Assembly: GCA_039621445.1 (NCBI GenBank)
Contig: CP154954.1
Span: 2,666,001 to 2,730,000, forward strand
Length of the DNA: 64,000 nt
Reading direction: 5' to 3'
Origin: Euglena gracilis
Lineage: Eukaryota
Every line of letters begins with the position of its first letter. Position 1 is the stretch's first letter. This document shows positions 53,440 through 64,000 of the stretch, in pieces. Under the pieces are notes generated by a model. That model saw nothing but the letters and a program-made list of their open reading frames with translations. It made no database searches and was not told the DNA's origin. The translations under genes and the position numbers were made by a program.

Positions 53440-56400
53440 CCCCTCTGCCAAGCTGCCCTCTTCGGCGAAGAAGGACACGGGGCCAACCCGCGGGTGGCCT
53501 TCCTCGCGACGTACGCCCAGTTCACCGCCGCGCACCGGCTCCGAGACCCCCCGGCCAGATTGCCGCTCGCTTCCAGTTAACTCCAGCGGTCTCATTGGAC
53601 GGCCGCTTTCCGCCATCCAACTTTCATTTTAAGCAAAAAAAGGCGTTTTCTTAATTTTGGTTGGCCCACGTTGACTTTCCACACGGGTCACTCCAGCCCC
53701 GCCTAATCACCCCGGAGGGGGGGGGTGCAGTGTCTTTTTCCTGGAGGTGCCGGCATTATTCTTTGGGGGGGTCTTTCTTTTGACCGGGGGGACCCCAAAA
53801 CACCCCATGGGCCCATCAGGGTGGGCGGCCGCCTGCCGGGCCGCCGTACGGGCCCCGGCTCAACGCTGTGGTGGACATCGTGGCGGAGGCCCTCCTCCTG
53901 ACAGCTGGGAGCCGCACCTTCGTGCTGGCCAAGCACCTATGAACTGATTGTGGTGTGACTGGGGCGTGACTGGGGCGTGACTGGGGCGTGACTGGGGCGT
54001 GACTGGGCGTGACTGGGGCGTGACTGGGCGTGACTGGGGCGTGACTGGGGCGTGACTGGGGCGTGACTGGGCGTGACTGGGGCGTGACTGGGGCGTGACT
54101 GGGGCGTGACTGGGGCGTGACTGGGTGTGGGATCCTGGATGACCATAGGCGCTTCGCGCTGGCCAAGCGGGCTCGGCGGTACTGCCGAGCCCTCGCGGTG
54201 CTGCGGAAGCACGTGTCCGACGCCCTCCTCCCGCTGCGCCGTCGGCCGTGTGAATGGAGGTTTTGTGAATGGCAGGGCATGGATCCATATGCCACAGAAC
54301 CAGAAGAAGTGAAGTACTCAGCGCCATTTGCGCAGTGGCTTACGGCTAATTTGGTGTCAAGTGCCACAAATCGTGGGGTGAGAGGGGAGCGGGGGGGTTG
54401 CTGCCCAAGGTTCGATGTGTGCTGATACTCCTGCGGCCTATAACTAATTCGCCACGTGCTGTTAGCTGAATCCCTCACCTGTTCAATTTGCTGAATGGGA
54501 CCTGTCCAAAATGCAAATTCAAGCAACCTCTTTAAACTGCAAGTAGAATGAAGGGAACAAGTAGCCAAAAATACCAACTGGCAGCTGCTTTTTGTAACCA
54601 ATAACACTCTATGTCTACGGTTTTTACTCTTTTTCTTAATGCAAATGTGAAGGCACACATTTTGACTCCCAAAAATGTGTTGCCACCATGTTTTGATCTT
54701 TTGGTGAAACAGATAAGCACTTTAAGTGACCATTTATCGATCTGCAAGAACCCCAAACTCAAACGAACCCCAAATTTCAGTATTTTGTTAAATTCGTCAA
54801 ACCTGTCAAAAATCCAATTTTTTTTTTGCCGTCAAGATCTTCACCGCCTTGCGCTAAAAGCCGTGAAAATTTGACCGTGAAAATTTGACAGTGGTGAAAT
54901 TTTTTTGACACAAGCCAGCTTCATCGGGCCCGAACCCGCGGGTTGGTTCTACAGCCTGGCTGGTGTCTGCTGGTTGGGAAAGAGGTCCTGGACCCCCCCA
55001 CTAAGATCCTCTAGGGCGGGCACCCCCGGGTCCTTAAGAAAAATCCTGGTTGCCTAATTTTAGGATAGGGGCTGGAACAAAAACTTCCAGAAGAATTCCC
55101 TGGTGGATGAAATGCTGCCAACGCTTGGATTGCCAATGGGGAAGCTGCCAACCAATCATCTTGAATTAAATCTCCCAAACTGACAAAAACAGTTGGCAAC
55201 CTCCCAACATTCAAAACCGTGCCCACCAGCACCAGCATAGGATATTTTTTCTGGCCATCACGAGCATTTTTCAAAAGGAAAGCGATAATGTGTTGTTGCA
55301 TGCGTTGTTGTAAAAGAAGAGCAGCGTATCTTGTGCATCATTCATGTTATTGGCCCTGGTGATGCACGCTCTGGTGCCTTTTTTTTCTGGAGGGAATCAA
55401 ATTTGTGAGGGTTTGGCGCCTCAAACAGCAACTTCCCTTCTTTTCCTTCTTCTTTAGGGGGTCATTGTGCAATGTGATGGCTCGTCAGCGGCGTAGCACC
55501 CTCATTTTCGGCAGAAGATGGCAGTTGAACTTCCCCTCCATTTATTCCGACCCCCCTCCGAAAGAAAACACAACGAACAATGAATGCCTACCCCTCTCCA
55601 AAGTGCCAACTGCCTGAAAGTTCACATTGAAAGGAATCAAAGCGCAGTGGGAGGACGATAGAAAGGAGCGTTCACAATGAAAAGATGAACAAATATAGAC
55701 TGCTTCAGCGATGCCAGTTGACGAAAGCATATCGTGACTGCATGGGCACAAGCAATTTTTTTTGCAATTTGAGTTTTTTGACGGCTGAAACAATTCTCAC
55801 CGCCAACTCACTCTTTTTGTTTTTTTTTTCCCGGGAGTCGGCCTGCCACGGATGCACAGCACCTGCACCACATCTCTTCTGATGGAGCTCCTTCACGAGT
55901 ATGCTGCCGACTCTGGGCAGGGGGGCACCAAGTCCCCAGATTCGGCAAAGGATTGTGAGCTTTCAGCTGTGGTTTCGAGATACCCAAATTTTACATACGG
56001 AGTCATTCATCCCAACTCCCCTGAGGAATTGATGCAACGTGGACACAATACCGACGGGTTGGGATAAATGCCGCCCGCTTTTGCCAATGAAGGGAGCAGG
56101 ATGTTGCCGGCAAACTCGTACCTGAGGGCGAAGAATCATTGCATCGCCGCCGTGTTGGACAGCTGGCGGATCCGCGAAGCTCAGATCCGAGAGGCGGGGC
56201 TGTCCCCTGTCAGGGCGGGCCAGCGGCGTCGTATGGCGTTTCGTCTGGGCTGCATGCTTTTTTTAAAGTAGTCCTGTGTACTGTGCACATTGGCTTTCTT
56301 TGGATAACCACATGCGTTGACAAAGGCACACCTTAATGGAAATGAGGTTGTGCTTTTATGAGAAAAAAGCTTCTTTCGGCCTCTCAGAGGTGAGCATTTT

Positions 56401-57399
56401 TTTCACACTGTGAATGCGGCAATACACAGATGCGGCATGGACACATTTTTTTTGCATTTTTTGTCTGTTTTGGTCTTTTGTTGTTTTCCCTCTGGCTTTT
56501 TTCAAGTTCAAATGATTTGGACATAAGAATCTCCTTTTCACCTTTGTTTTTTGCTTGTGGAAGGTCTTCGCTTTTTTTTTCTTTCTGTTTTGATCAACAA
56601 ATAATATTTTTTTGAATTGGTACGTCACCAAAAACTCGAAAACAAGTCCCGGACATTTGTTGAAAATCCGAGAAAGCTGGGGCATACACCCCTTAAAAGC
56701 CCCCTCTCCAATCTTTGAAACCCCTTCCAAAAATATCCCAGAAAAAACTAAAAAAAGAGAACTGTAGAGAATTGTGTTTCAAAACCCCTATATATGCATG
56801 CATATATGTTTGTACATTCCTGTCCCAACACACGCCCAACGGAACGTCCCAGCAGAACTCCTTTCGCCCCCCTTTAATTCTTTTGTGTCGCTTTGTCCCC
56901 CATCCTTGCGCACGTTTTCGGGGCTGTTGTTTGAAAGAAGCAACCTAGCTGCGTCCTTCCATTGTCCCCGATGGCCAGGCAACTGCTGGATTGAGAACAC
57001 CACCATATTTTTGCGATATATATATTTATATATTTATATATATAATATTATAGTTCAAATAAATATATAAATAAAATATACATAAATAAATTCATACTAT
57101 ATATATGACACGATATTAATAGTTTACTTTGTCTCTGGTTGAGCTGGTTGACTGGTTTGTGCCAAAGGACAAAATAAAAGGGACAAGTAAGTAAAATGGA
57201 ATAATTTTGAGTTTCAATTCCAGAGCTTGAGGCACTTTTGGAGACTCCCCCCTCCCCCCAGCGGTGTCCTGCAGCCGAGTTGAAGGAGGGGACTGTTCGG
57301 GCACTGTACCGGGAGAGGCACACTGAGTACCGCCAAGCGCTTCGGCAATGGCGGCTGCATCGATTTGGCTGGGGCTTTCCCCCCAAAGTGGCCCGCTGA
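53440..57399 (+). CDS. Unknown protein; approximate exons 53440-53552, 53840-53926, 54161-54377, 55921-56000, 56076-56208, 57277-57399; start codon not located
   Basis: GC3-rich frames join through hairpin introns and one GT-AG intron: ...NPRVAFLATYAQF...NAVVDIVAEALLL...VLAKRARRYCRALAVLRKH...YPNFTYGAFANEG...REAGLSPELKEGTVRALYRERHTEYRQALRQW...*. Confidence 0.55.
53954..54126 (+). repeat. 11/10-bp minisatellite GTGACTGGG(G)C inside an intron
   Basis: Direct reading. Confidence 0.95.
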
Positions 57400-59614
57400 A
57401 CGCCGCAATTTGGATTGAATAGTTGACGGTGAGGGGGTCAACTGTCCACTGTGCCAAAAAACCTTGAGTTTTAAATGGCGCCAGATGATGGTGTGCAAAT
57501 ATTATCACTGTATCGCTGCCACTGTGGACATTTGGCCAGTCAATATTGGCGTGCTTGCCGGCGCACAGGTACTTGCATGGATCTCCTCATGATTCCATTT
57601 CAATACGCTTTCATGCCGCACTTTCATGGCTGGACTCCTCTCAGCCCACAGTGTGCAAGTCTTGGCCGAACCCCAGCAGACGGATCCGCCAGCCGCCCGG
57701 CCGCAGTTCATTTTCACTCCCAACCGTCCTGTTGCTCAGCCTGTGGCTCTCTCTATGCAACGGCAACACCCTCCATTCCTTGAAGTCTCTCCCTGGGTGA
57801 GCCCTTTGCGGGGGGTCGTTCCCCCGGAGTGGCAGTGGTGACCACATCGACAGGCTGAAGTTTAGGGTGTGGCTAACCCACCAGGGGGGGGGGCTGACTT
57901 GAGGCGGTGGCTGTTGAGTGGTGGGTGGGACACTATGGCAAAAGCCCCCGGGCGCTTGCCGAAGGCGCCGGAATTTCAGCAATGGCTCTTTTTGGTTGAA
58001 ACTCTGCCCACGACCAGGCACTCCACGGCACCCTCAGACCCACCAGGGGTTGGTTGAATTCAGCCTGGTGGGGGAGACCCAAAGTGACTGACCTTCCCGA
58101 GAACGTTGACTGGCGGCCCAACCGGGCTCGGTGAGCAATACGTATGTTCCCGCCAACGTCACAATGCAGGAGCTGGTCGGTTGCGCGTGGGCCGCTTGAA
58201 CTCTCACACATGATGTACATGCAACTGATCGCATGTTTTGTTTGGTCCGTTTGGGGGTGAGCGTCCAAAGTCAGATGTCTAACTGCCACTCAATGAAGGT
58301 GTTGCAAAATCCAGTTCCCCAAGGCTTTGTATTTTTTGATTTTCTGCTCATGTTTGTGGACTTCCCCACCGGATGTTACGTGCCGCTGGCTGATGTGCGT
58401 CCGATGATTTTCAAACCATTTCCCGTTCCTTCAGAGGTTTTTGTTTTCCAACCCAGCACACAGGATCGTCACATTATTCCTTCTTCGTGTCCGAGGTACT
58501 CATCACACCTCAAGAGATGCGAGTTCAGCCCCGTCCCTAAAGTTTCCACAGAGGCAGTGGAGAGCATGGATTCATTTAACACCTGGTTGACCGCAGCGGC
58601 GTAATTTTCATAAAACTAGCAAAATTTGAAAGAATCTGGATGGGTCCTCTGGGACCCCAAATGTGGGTACCCAAAGGCCTGCCCACTCGGACCCAAGGGA
58701 AAGGGTCATACGGCCCTGAAACTGGAAACCCATCGGGGGTTCTCATTGTGTTCTCTGGGATAGTTATTCGAGCGTGCCGGCCGGATTAGTGTCTACGGGT
58801 GTGAAAAACATGCGGATGTCATAAAACTAGCAAAATTCAGCGTTTTCGACCGATTTTGGCCGGGTTTTGGGTGGGTGGGTGGGTGGGTGGTTGACCCGGG
58901 GGGGGGGGTTGTGGGTGAGTGGGTTTTCCAAAAAGTGGGTGGGTTTGGGTCGGGCAAAAGTGCCCCCAGGGGCCACCAAGTGGATCTATGGTGGAGAGGC
59001 GGGTGTCACAACTGAAGTCCCAGACTCCAACCGAATCCCCAGCTCAAACTCCCCGTCTGGACAACTGCGACACCCTTTCGAGGCTCTCGCACACGGACTC
59101 TCGCCCAGGACCTTTTCCCTTGCGTCGATGACAGCATTTCTCCCTTCCTTTCAGTTCAAACCTGCCAAGCTGCTTCTGAATAATCATGCAGCATTCCCCC
59201 ACGGAACGTTTTTGAGTCCGGCGTCTTGCAAAGGCCAATTTAATTTACAAATGCAAGTGTTCTCTCGTCGTATTTTTGGGCATCGGGGGGATTATTGCCT
59301 GTGTATTTGTCACTGAGTTTTCATTTGGTATGCATATGCCACAGAGAAGTGCCAGCACACCTCCGATTCTGGCACGTATGTCCAAATATGTGCACATGGG
59401 TATGCACATGTGCACATGCATCCGCGAGCACATACACCCATGCATGCAAACCTCACCTCATGTGTTTGCAGTCTGTGATTTCTGCCTGTCTATCTTCATT
59501 CCCCATCCCTGGCATGGAAGAACTCTTTGCCAAAGGCAGGTTCTGGCCCCAGTCCCCTGCCCTCCTCTCGCCCTCCCTGCACCGACGGCGGTCTCCCGCC
59601 CACCCATTTCCAGC

Positions 59615-62600
59615 CGGCCCCGCAGCCGCGTCGGCCGCGCTGCCCAGCCGGCTGCGGCTCTCGCAGGAAGCTCCGGAGTCCGGAGTGTGGGCCACCCGGA
59701 CGCTATTTGGTCTGGGTGGAGAGGGAGCCGCATCAATTCCATTCGTGCCAGTTTATTAGTTCACCGCTTATTTCAGTTTATGGCAGATTTGTGTCCCGTT
59801 CGCACGTTTCCCTCGTGTGTGGGAAAAAATGTTTGACCCCCCCAAAATGTTCCGAGGTGCCAATTTACTGGCACCAAATGTTTGATTTTCACCCCTACCA
59901 ACTGATTTTGTGCAATACGTTTTTCTCCCGATGGTGGAAGAATTTGGAGCGGGGGAAAGTTACCCCCCCCCCCCCCCCAAATACAACCCCCCCCGGTTTT
60001 ATATTCGGGCGCAAATTTCAAGATCCCCAGGGGGTTTTTATATTTGGGGGTTTTATATTCGGTCGGAAAATTCAACTTCCTGGCGGGATCCAGTTGTCAC
60101 TTTTTCGGTCCAAAATCACTAATACACCCACCCCCCGGGGTCCAAACATTTCACTTTTCGGGCGAAGGAGCAACCTTCACATGTTTTTGGTGAAAATTGT
60201 TCCCAAATCTGACATAAATCACAATTTCAGGAGATATTTTTTCGAATTTTTTTCCTTCCGGCGCTTCGCGCCGGAGGGGGATATTTGGGCGAGATTTCAA
60301 GGTCCTCAGGGGGGTTTTATATTTGGGGGGGGGTTATATTTGGGGGTTTTATTGTTATCTGAACGTGACCGTCATCTGTACTCAGTAGGGTTCATTAGGA
60401 AGGCTTCGTGAGAATCCGAATTTGTCCAAAGTTGGAAACTCTGTTGCTCTTGCTGTGGACGATGGAGTAGAGTGCCAAATCACGTCCTTTCTTTGTAGCT
60501 CACACCGGGTTCGGTGGTGGACGTGGGAGGTGTCCCTCAAGTGTGCCCCTTGGCGTTCCTCAAACACTCTGCATGATCCACCGGCATGGGTTTGGTCTGC
60601 GACCTCCACCCAGGCGGTGACCCCCGCGCCATCCGCACGCCCCCACACCCAGGCTGCTTTGTACCTCGGAAGACCCCCTTTTGGGCGGGTGGGTCTGGGG
60701 CCGGACACCCACCCCCTGGTGGTCCTGCCCCGGACCAGGCTGGGTGGGCGGGCGGGTGGACCCCTCCAGGGGTGTTTTAGTCTTGGCTTCTGGGGGGGGG
60801 GTTGGGTGTGTGGGTCCGGCCCGAAGGCGCCAAATTTTTGTTGAAAACGGTGCTATTTTTAGCACTCTTTCACGAAAAAGTGCTAAAAATAGCACCTTTT
60901 TCAACAAAACTTTGGCGCCTTCGGGCCGTGAAGTGAGTGGGTTCCCCGGGACCCCCCCCGGGGTCTTAAAAAAACCCCCTCCCCCCTCCCCACACGGGAC
61001 TTAGACAGAAGCCTGGCCCCACCGGCCCATCATCGCAGGCCTGCCACAGAGCCCCGGGACCGGCCGGGGCGCCGCCCGGCTGCTGCCGGAGCCCGCCCCG
61101 GCCGAGCCACGAAGGCCGGCCGGTTTCACGGCCCGCCTGTTCTCCAAGGTGCGGCAGCGGGTGGACCGGTCGGGCTGCCTCTGGGAACTACTTTTTTTCC
61201 CATTTTTTTGTACGCAATATTTTTTATGTTAATTATTTTATTTTTTTGAATATTTTTTTTTTGCCCGCCATTGGCTTTTCATTACCCTAACAAGTTTGCC
61301 ATGCTGTGGTTTCGCGGTGGTCAAGCTGAGGGGCCGCTGGATGCGATTTGCTTTTCAGGGGCCCCCCTGGAAGGATTGGATGGGGAGAAGGGTCGACCCC
61401 CGGCCCTCCACCCACAGGGCTTCCAGGTTTCCAGCACAGCCCCACCCTGGGAAGACTGCCACCGGGCTGGTGCTGACCCAAAAAAAACGTCCCTCCGTAA
61501 CAGTTGGCAAGTCATATCCAGAGGTCCGACCCCTTTTTCAGTCAGAATTTTCCTCTTCAGCCTCTTCCGCAGAATCAATGTCCCCAAGTGCCATGGTTGG
61601 TGTTGTGGGGGTGGACCCCCCTCAGGTTTTCCCGTACACCCTCGACCTGTCAGGTGACAGTTTTCCGGGGGGGGGGGAGTATAGCTATGAGTGAAGGAAC
61701 CAATGAATCAACCTCCCTCGGCTCATTTGACGCAGCCATATTGCCCAACAGTCGAGTAGGGGGTTGCCGCAGAAAATACAGCCGCACATTGCTCTTGGCT
61801 GGGGGAGATGGCAGTCTGCTTTTGGGTCGCATATTTGATGTCCAGAATTATATTTGATGTCCAGAAGAATGTCCAAGAAAAAAAATCATTCTTGGGTCTG
61901 GATAAGAGAGTGCCCGCAAACAAGTCCCAAAGGAAGAGGACCCTTCCGACGCCGACGTTCCGCATCACGATGGACAGGAGTCTTCCCTTCCAACGGCTAA
62001 ACAATTCCACTTTTGGTTTCGACGTTTGCGCCTGACTTGCGACGTCCTGTCGGCCAAAGTTTCCCGAACCTTTTGTCCCAGGGGTACGATTCTGTGATTC
62101 ACAACTGATTCTCCATTTAGGTCAATGGCTGTAGGTGTGCAAGACTGTCAAACCATGACCCCTGAGGGCAACGCTGCCATCCCGATCGCAAAGGGTCAGC
62201 CCCCACCCGCAAGCAGATTTTTGATATGTGGGAAGACTTTCCAATTTAAGAGAGTCACTTTTTAGTTTGAAATAATATATATATATAATCTACATAATAT
62301 TATCTCTCTCTCTCTCTCTCTCTCTTTGTGTGTGTGTGTGTGTGCGTTGTGTGTTGTTTGTCTTGTGTGCGTGTTGTGTGTTGTGTGTGCGTGTTGTGTG
62401 TGTGTTGGGTGTGTGTTGTGTGTGTGTGTGTTTTGTGTGCGGTGTGTGTGTGTGTGTGTTGTGTGTTGTGTACGTGTTGTGCGTGTTTTGTGTGTGTGTG
62501 TTGTGTGTTGTGTGTGTGTTGTGTGTGTTGTGCGTGTGTGTGTGTGTGTTGTGTGTGTGTGTTGTTGTGTGTGTGTGTGTGGTGTGTGTTTGGGTGGTGT

Positions 62601-62674
62601 TTGTGTGGAGTGTTTTGTGCTTGTGTGTGTGTGTGTTGTGTGTGTGTGTGTGTTTTGTGTGTGTGTTGTTTGTG

Positions 62675-62742
<68 letters not shown>

Positions 62743-62920
62743 TGGGGGTGTGCGTGCGCGTGTGTGTGGCTCCCAAATCTCAAATGTCAGCCCCATCCGT
62801 TCTCTGGTGGACGCTGCGGCTGGCCCCCTCCTCACGGCCGTCACACCGGTGCCCGTGGAAGGCGGGGTGCTCCTGCAGACCCCCGACAGAGGGGCCGGCT
62901 GCTTTGTGCGCGCCAGTGGC
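59615..62920 (+). CDS. Unknown protein, partial; supported exons 60499-60557, 60600-60646, 61021-61148, ~61775-61839, 61906-61971, 62055-62083, 62791-~62920
   Basis: In-frame joins give LTPGSVVDVGGVPQVCPLAF|DLHPGGDPRAIRTPP|HRPIIAG...RLFSK and LLLAGGDGSLLLGRIFD|ESARKQ...VPHHD|QSFPNLLSQG|PIRSLVDAAAGPLL. They use four hairpin introns plus GT-AG introns with matching phases. Confidence 0.5.
60650..61015. mobile_element. MITE that makes up a nonconventional intron (60647-61020)
   Basis: Termini CAGGCTGCT...AGAAGCCTG; flanks CCCACACC/GCCCCACC; internal motifs shared with other MITEs; removing the element plus 8 nt gives an open frame. Confidence 0.7.
62304..62767. repeat. (TC)n followed by degenerate (TG)n microsatellite inside GT-AG intron 62084-62790
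   Basis: Direct reading. Confidence 0.95.
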
Positions 62921-63121
62921 GACCAGGCTGTTGCCAGGCCCGGGAACCCAAGGGGGTTGCCCCTTCACCGGATGTCTTTGTGGATTTTTGGGGGTGGAGG
63001 CGCAAGGATGCATTTGTGTTTGTGCGGATGATCGCCATAATTCAGACTGGCACAGATAAGAATTCGAGTGGACATTTGCAGACAGAAGACAAATAGGGAT
63101 GCATCAGATGAGGGTTTGGGA

Positions 63122-63599
63122 CATACATCTCTCTAAGGTTTTGCGACCCCCCCCCCCCCGGGGGGGGGCGGTTGCAGCCAGCCCCGATTTGGGCCCAGCC
63201 CAGCCGCAGCAGCCCCCTCCCCCGGGGGGGGGGGTGCTGCTAGCCCTAGCTAGCCAGCCCCTTTTTGGGGGTCCAGCCCAAAATTTTTCGGCGCAAAGCG
63301 CCGAAATTTTTTGAAAAACTGTGTTCAAAAGTGGCCAAAAATGGGGTTTGGGGGCCGTTTGGGGCATTTTTGGGGGGTTTCAGATGCGTCATTTTTTCAA
63401 AACTGTGTTTCGCAGGTCATTTTTGGGCATTTTTCCAATTTCAGTCCAGCTCGCCCCGGCTCGGGTCAAACCGGGGTCCAGCCCCCCCCCCCCCCCCCCC
63501 CGCGGGGGGCAGGCTAGCCAGCCCAAATTTCTAGCCAGCCCAAATTTCTAGCCCTAGCCCAGCAACCCCCCTCCCCGGGGGTCCTTAAAGAGATGTATG
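63122..63599. mobile_element. MITE with CAT...ATG termini and 8-bp TSD
   Basis: Termini CATACATCTCTCTAAGG...CCTTAAAGAGATGTATG; flanks GTTTGGGA/GTTTGGAA. Confidence 0.85.
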
Positions 63600-64000
63600 G
63601 TTTGGAAAAGAGGTGGTGTGCGCCAGTGTGGATTATGGCATGGGGGGGAATGCTTATCGATTTTTTGTGCATTTTTTGCTAGATTTTTTTGAGAGTGAAA
63701 ATGCGCTCTTTTTTGCGCATTTTTTTTTTCTCAGCCAGGCTGGTGCATTCCCTCTGGTTATGGAAAGGGAGGCTGCCAATATCCACAAATTTTGGGAGAC
63801 ATAACCCCCTTTTAAAATTCACAGAAATGTGCAACATCTGGGAGAAAAGGAGCAAGAATCCCGGAAGTGCAAAAAATACCAAAAATGCAAAAATGACGCA
63901 CTTTTTAAAAAAGTCAAATGGGAATTTGAGGAAAATGTCACGTTGCAAAAAAACGCATGCACAAAGAATGCACAAATCTGAAAAAATTGGGGAGGATGTA

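Noticed and set aside
62262-63096. Long Cys/Val- or His/Thr-rich ORFs
   Set aside because: They come from the (TG)n microsatellite; only the part after 62791 looks exonic.

Overview
This is repeat-dense eukaryotic nuclear DNA, most likely from a euglenid (Euglena-like). The basis is that its genes mix ordinary GT-AG introns with hairpin-forming nonconventional introns of the form N3-CAG...CTG-N5. Positions 1-31.5 kb are almost entirely nested non-autonomous DNA transposons (TIR elements with 8-, 7-, 3-bp or TA target-site duplications). That region also holds two decayed CRE-like non-LTR retrotransposon pieces, a decayed tRNA-like sequence, and two homologous repeat-embedded ORFs that resemble a tyrosine-recombinase core-binding domain, one joined to a PHD finger. 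At 31.6-38.5 kb are the first ~275 codons of a LYS2-like (alpha-aminoadipate reductase / NRPS-like) gene; I could not find the rest. At 47-64 kb are three more intron-rich genes of unknown function and large microsatellites. The main observation is geometric. Most nonconventional introns remove the paired CAG...CTG unit plus exactly 8 nt (a few plus 7 nt), which equals the TSD lengths of the free CAG...CTG MITEs in the window, and one MITE appears to be an intron in its entirety. This suggests these MITEs generate introns. All gene models were built by eye and need RNA-seq confirmation.
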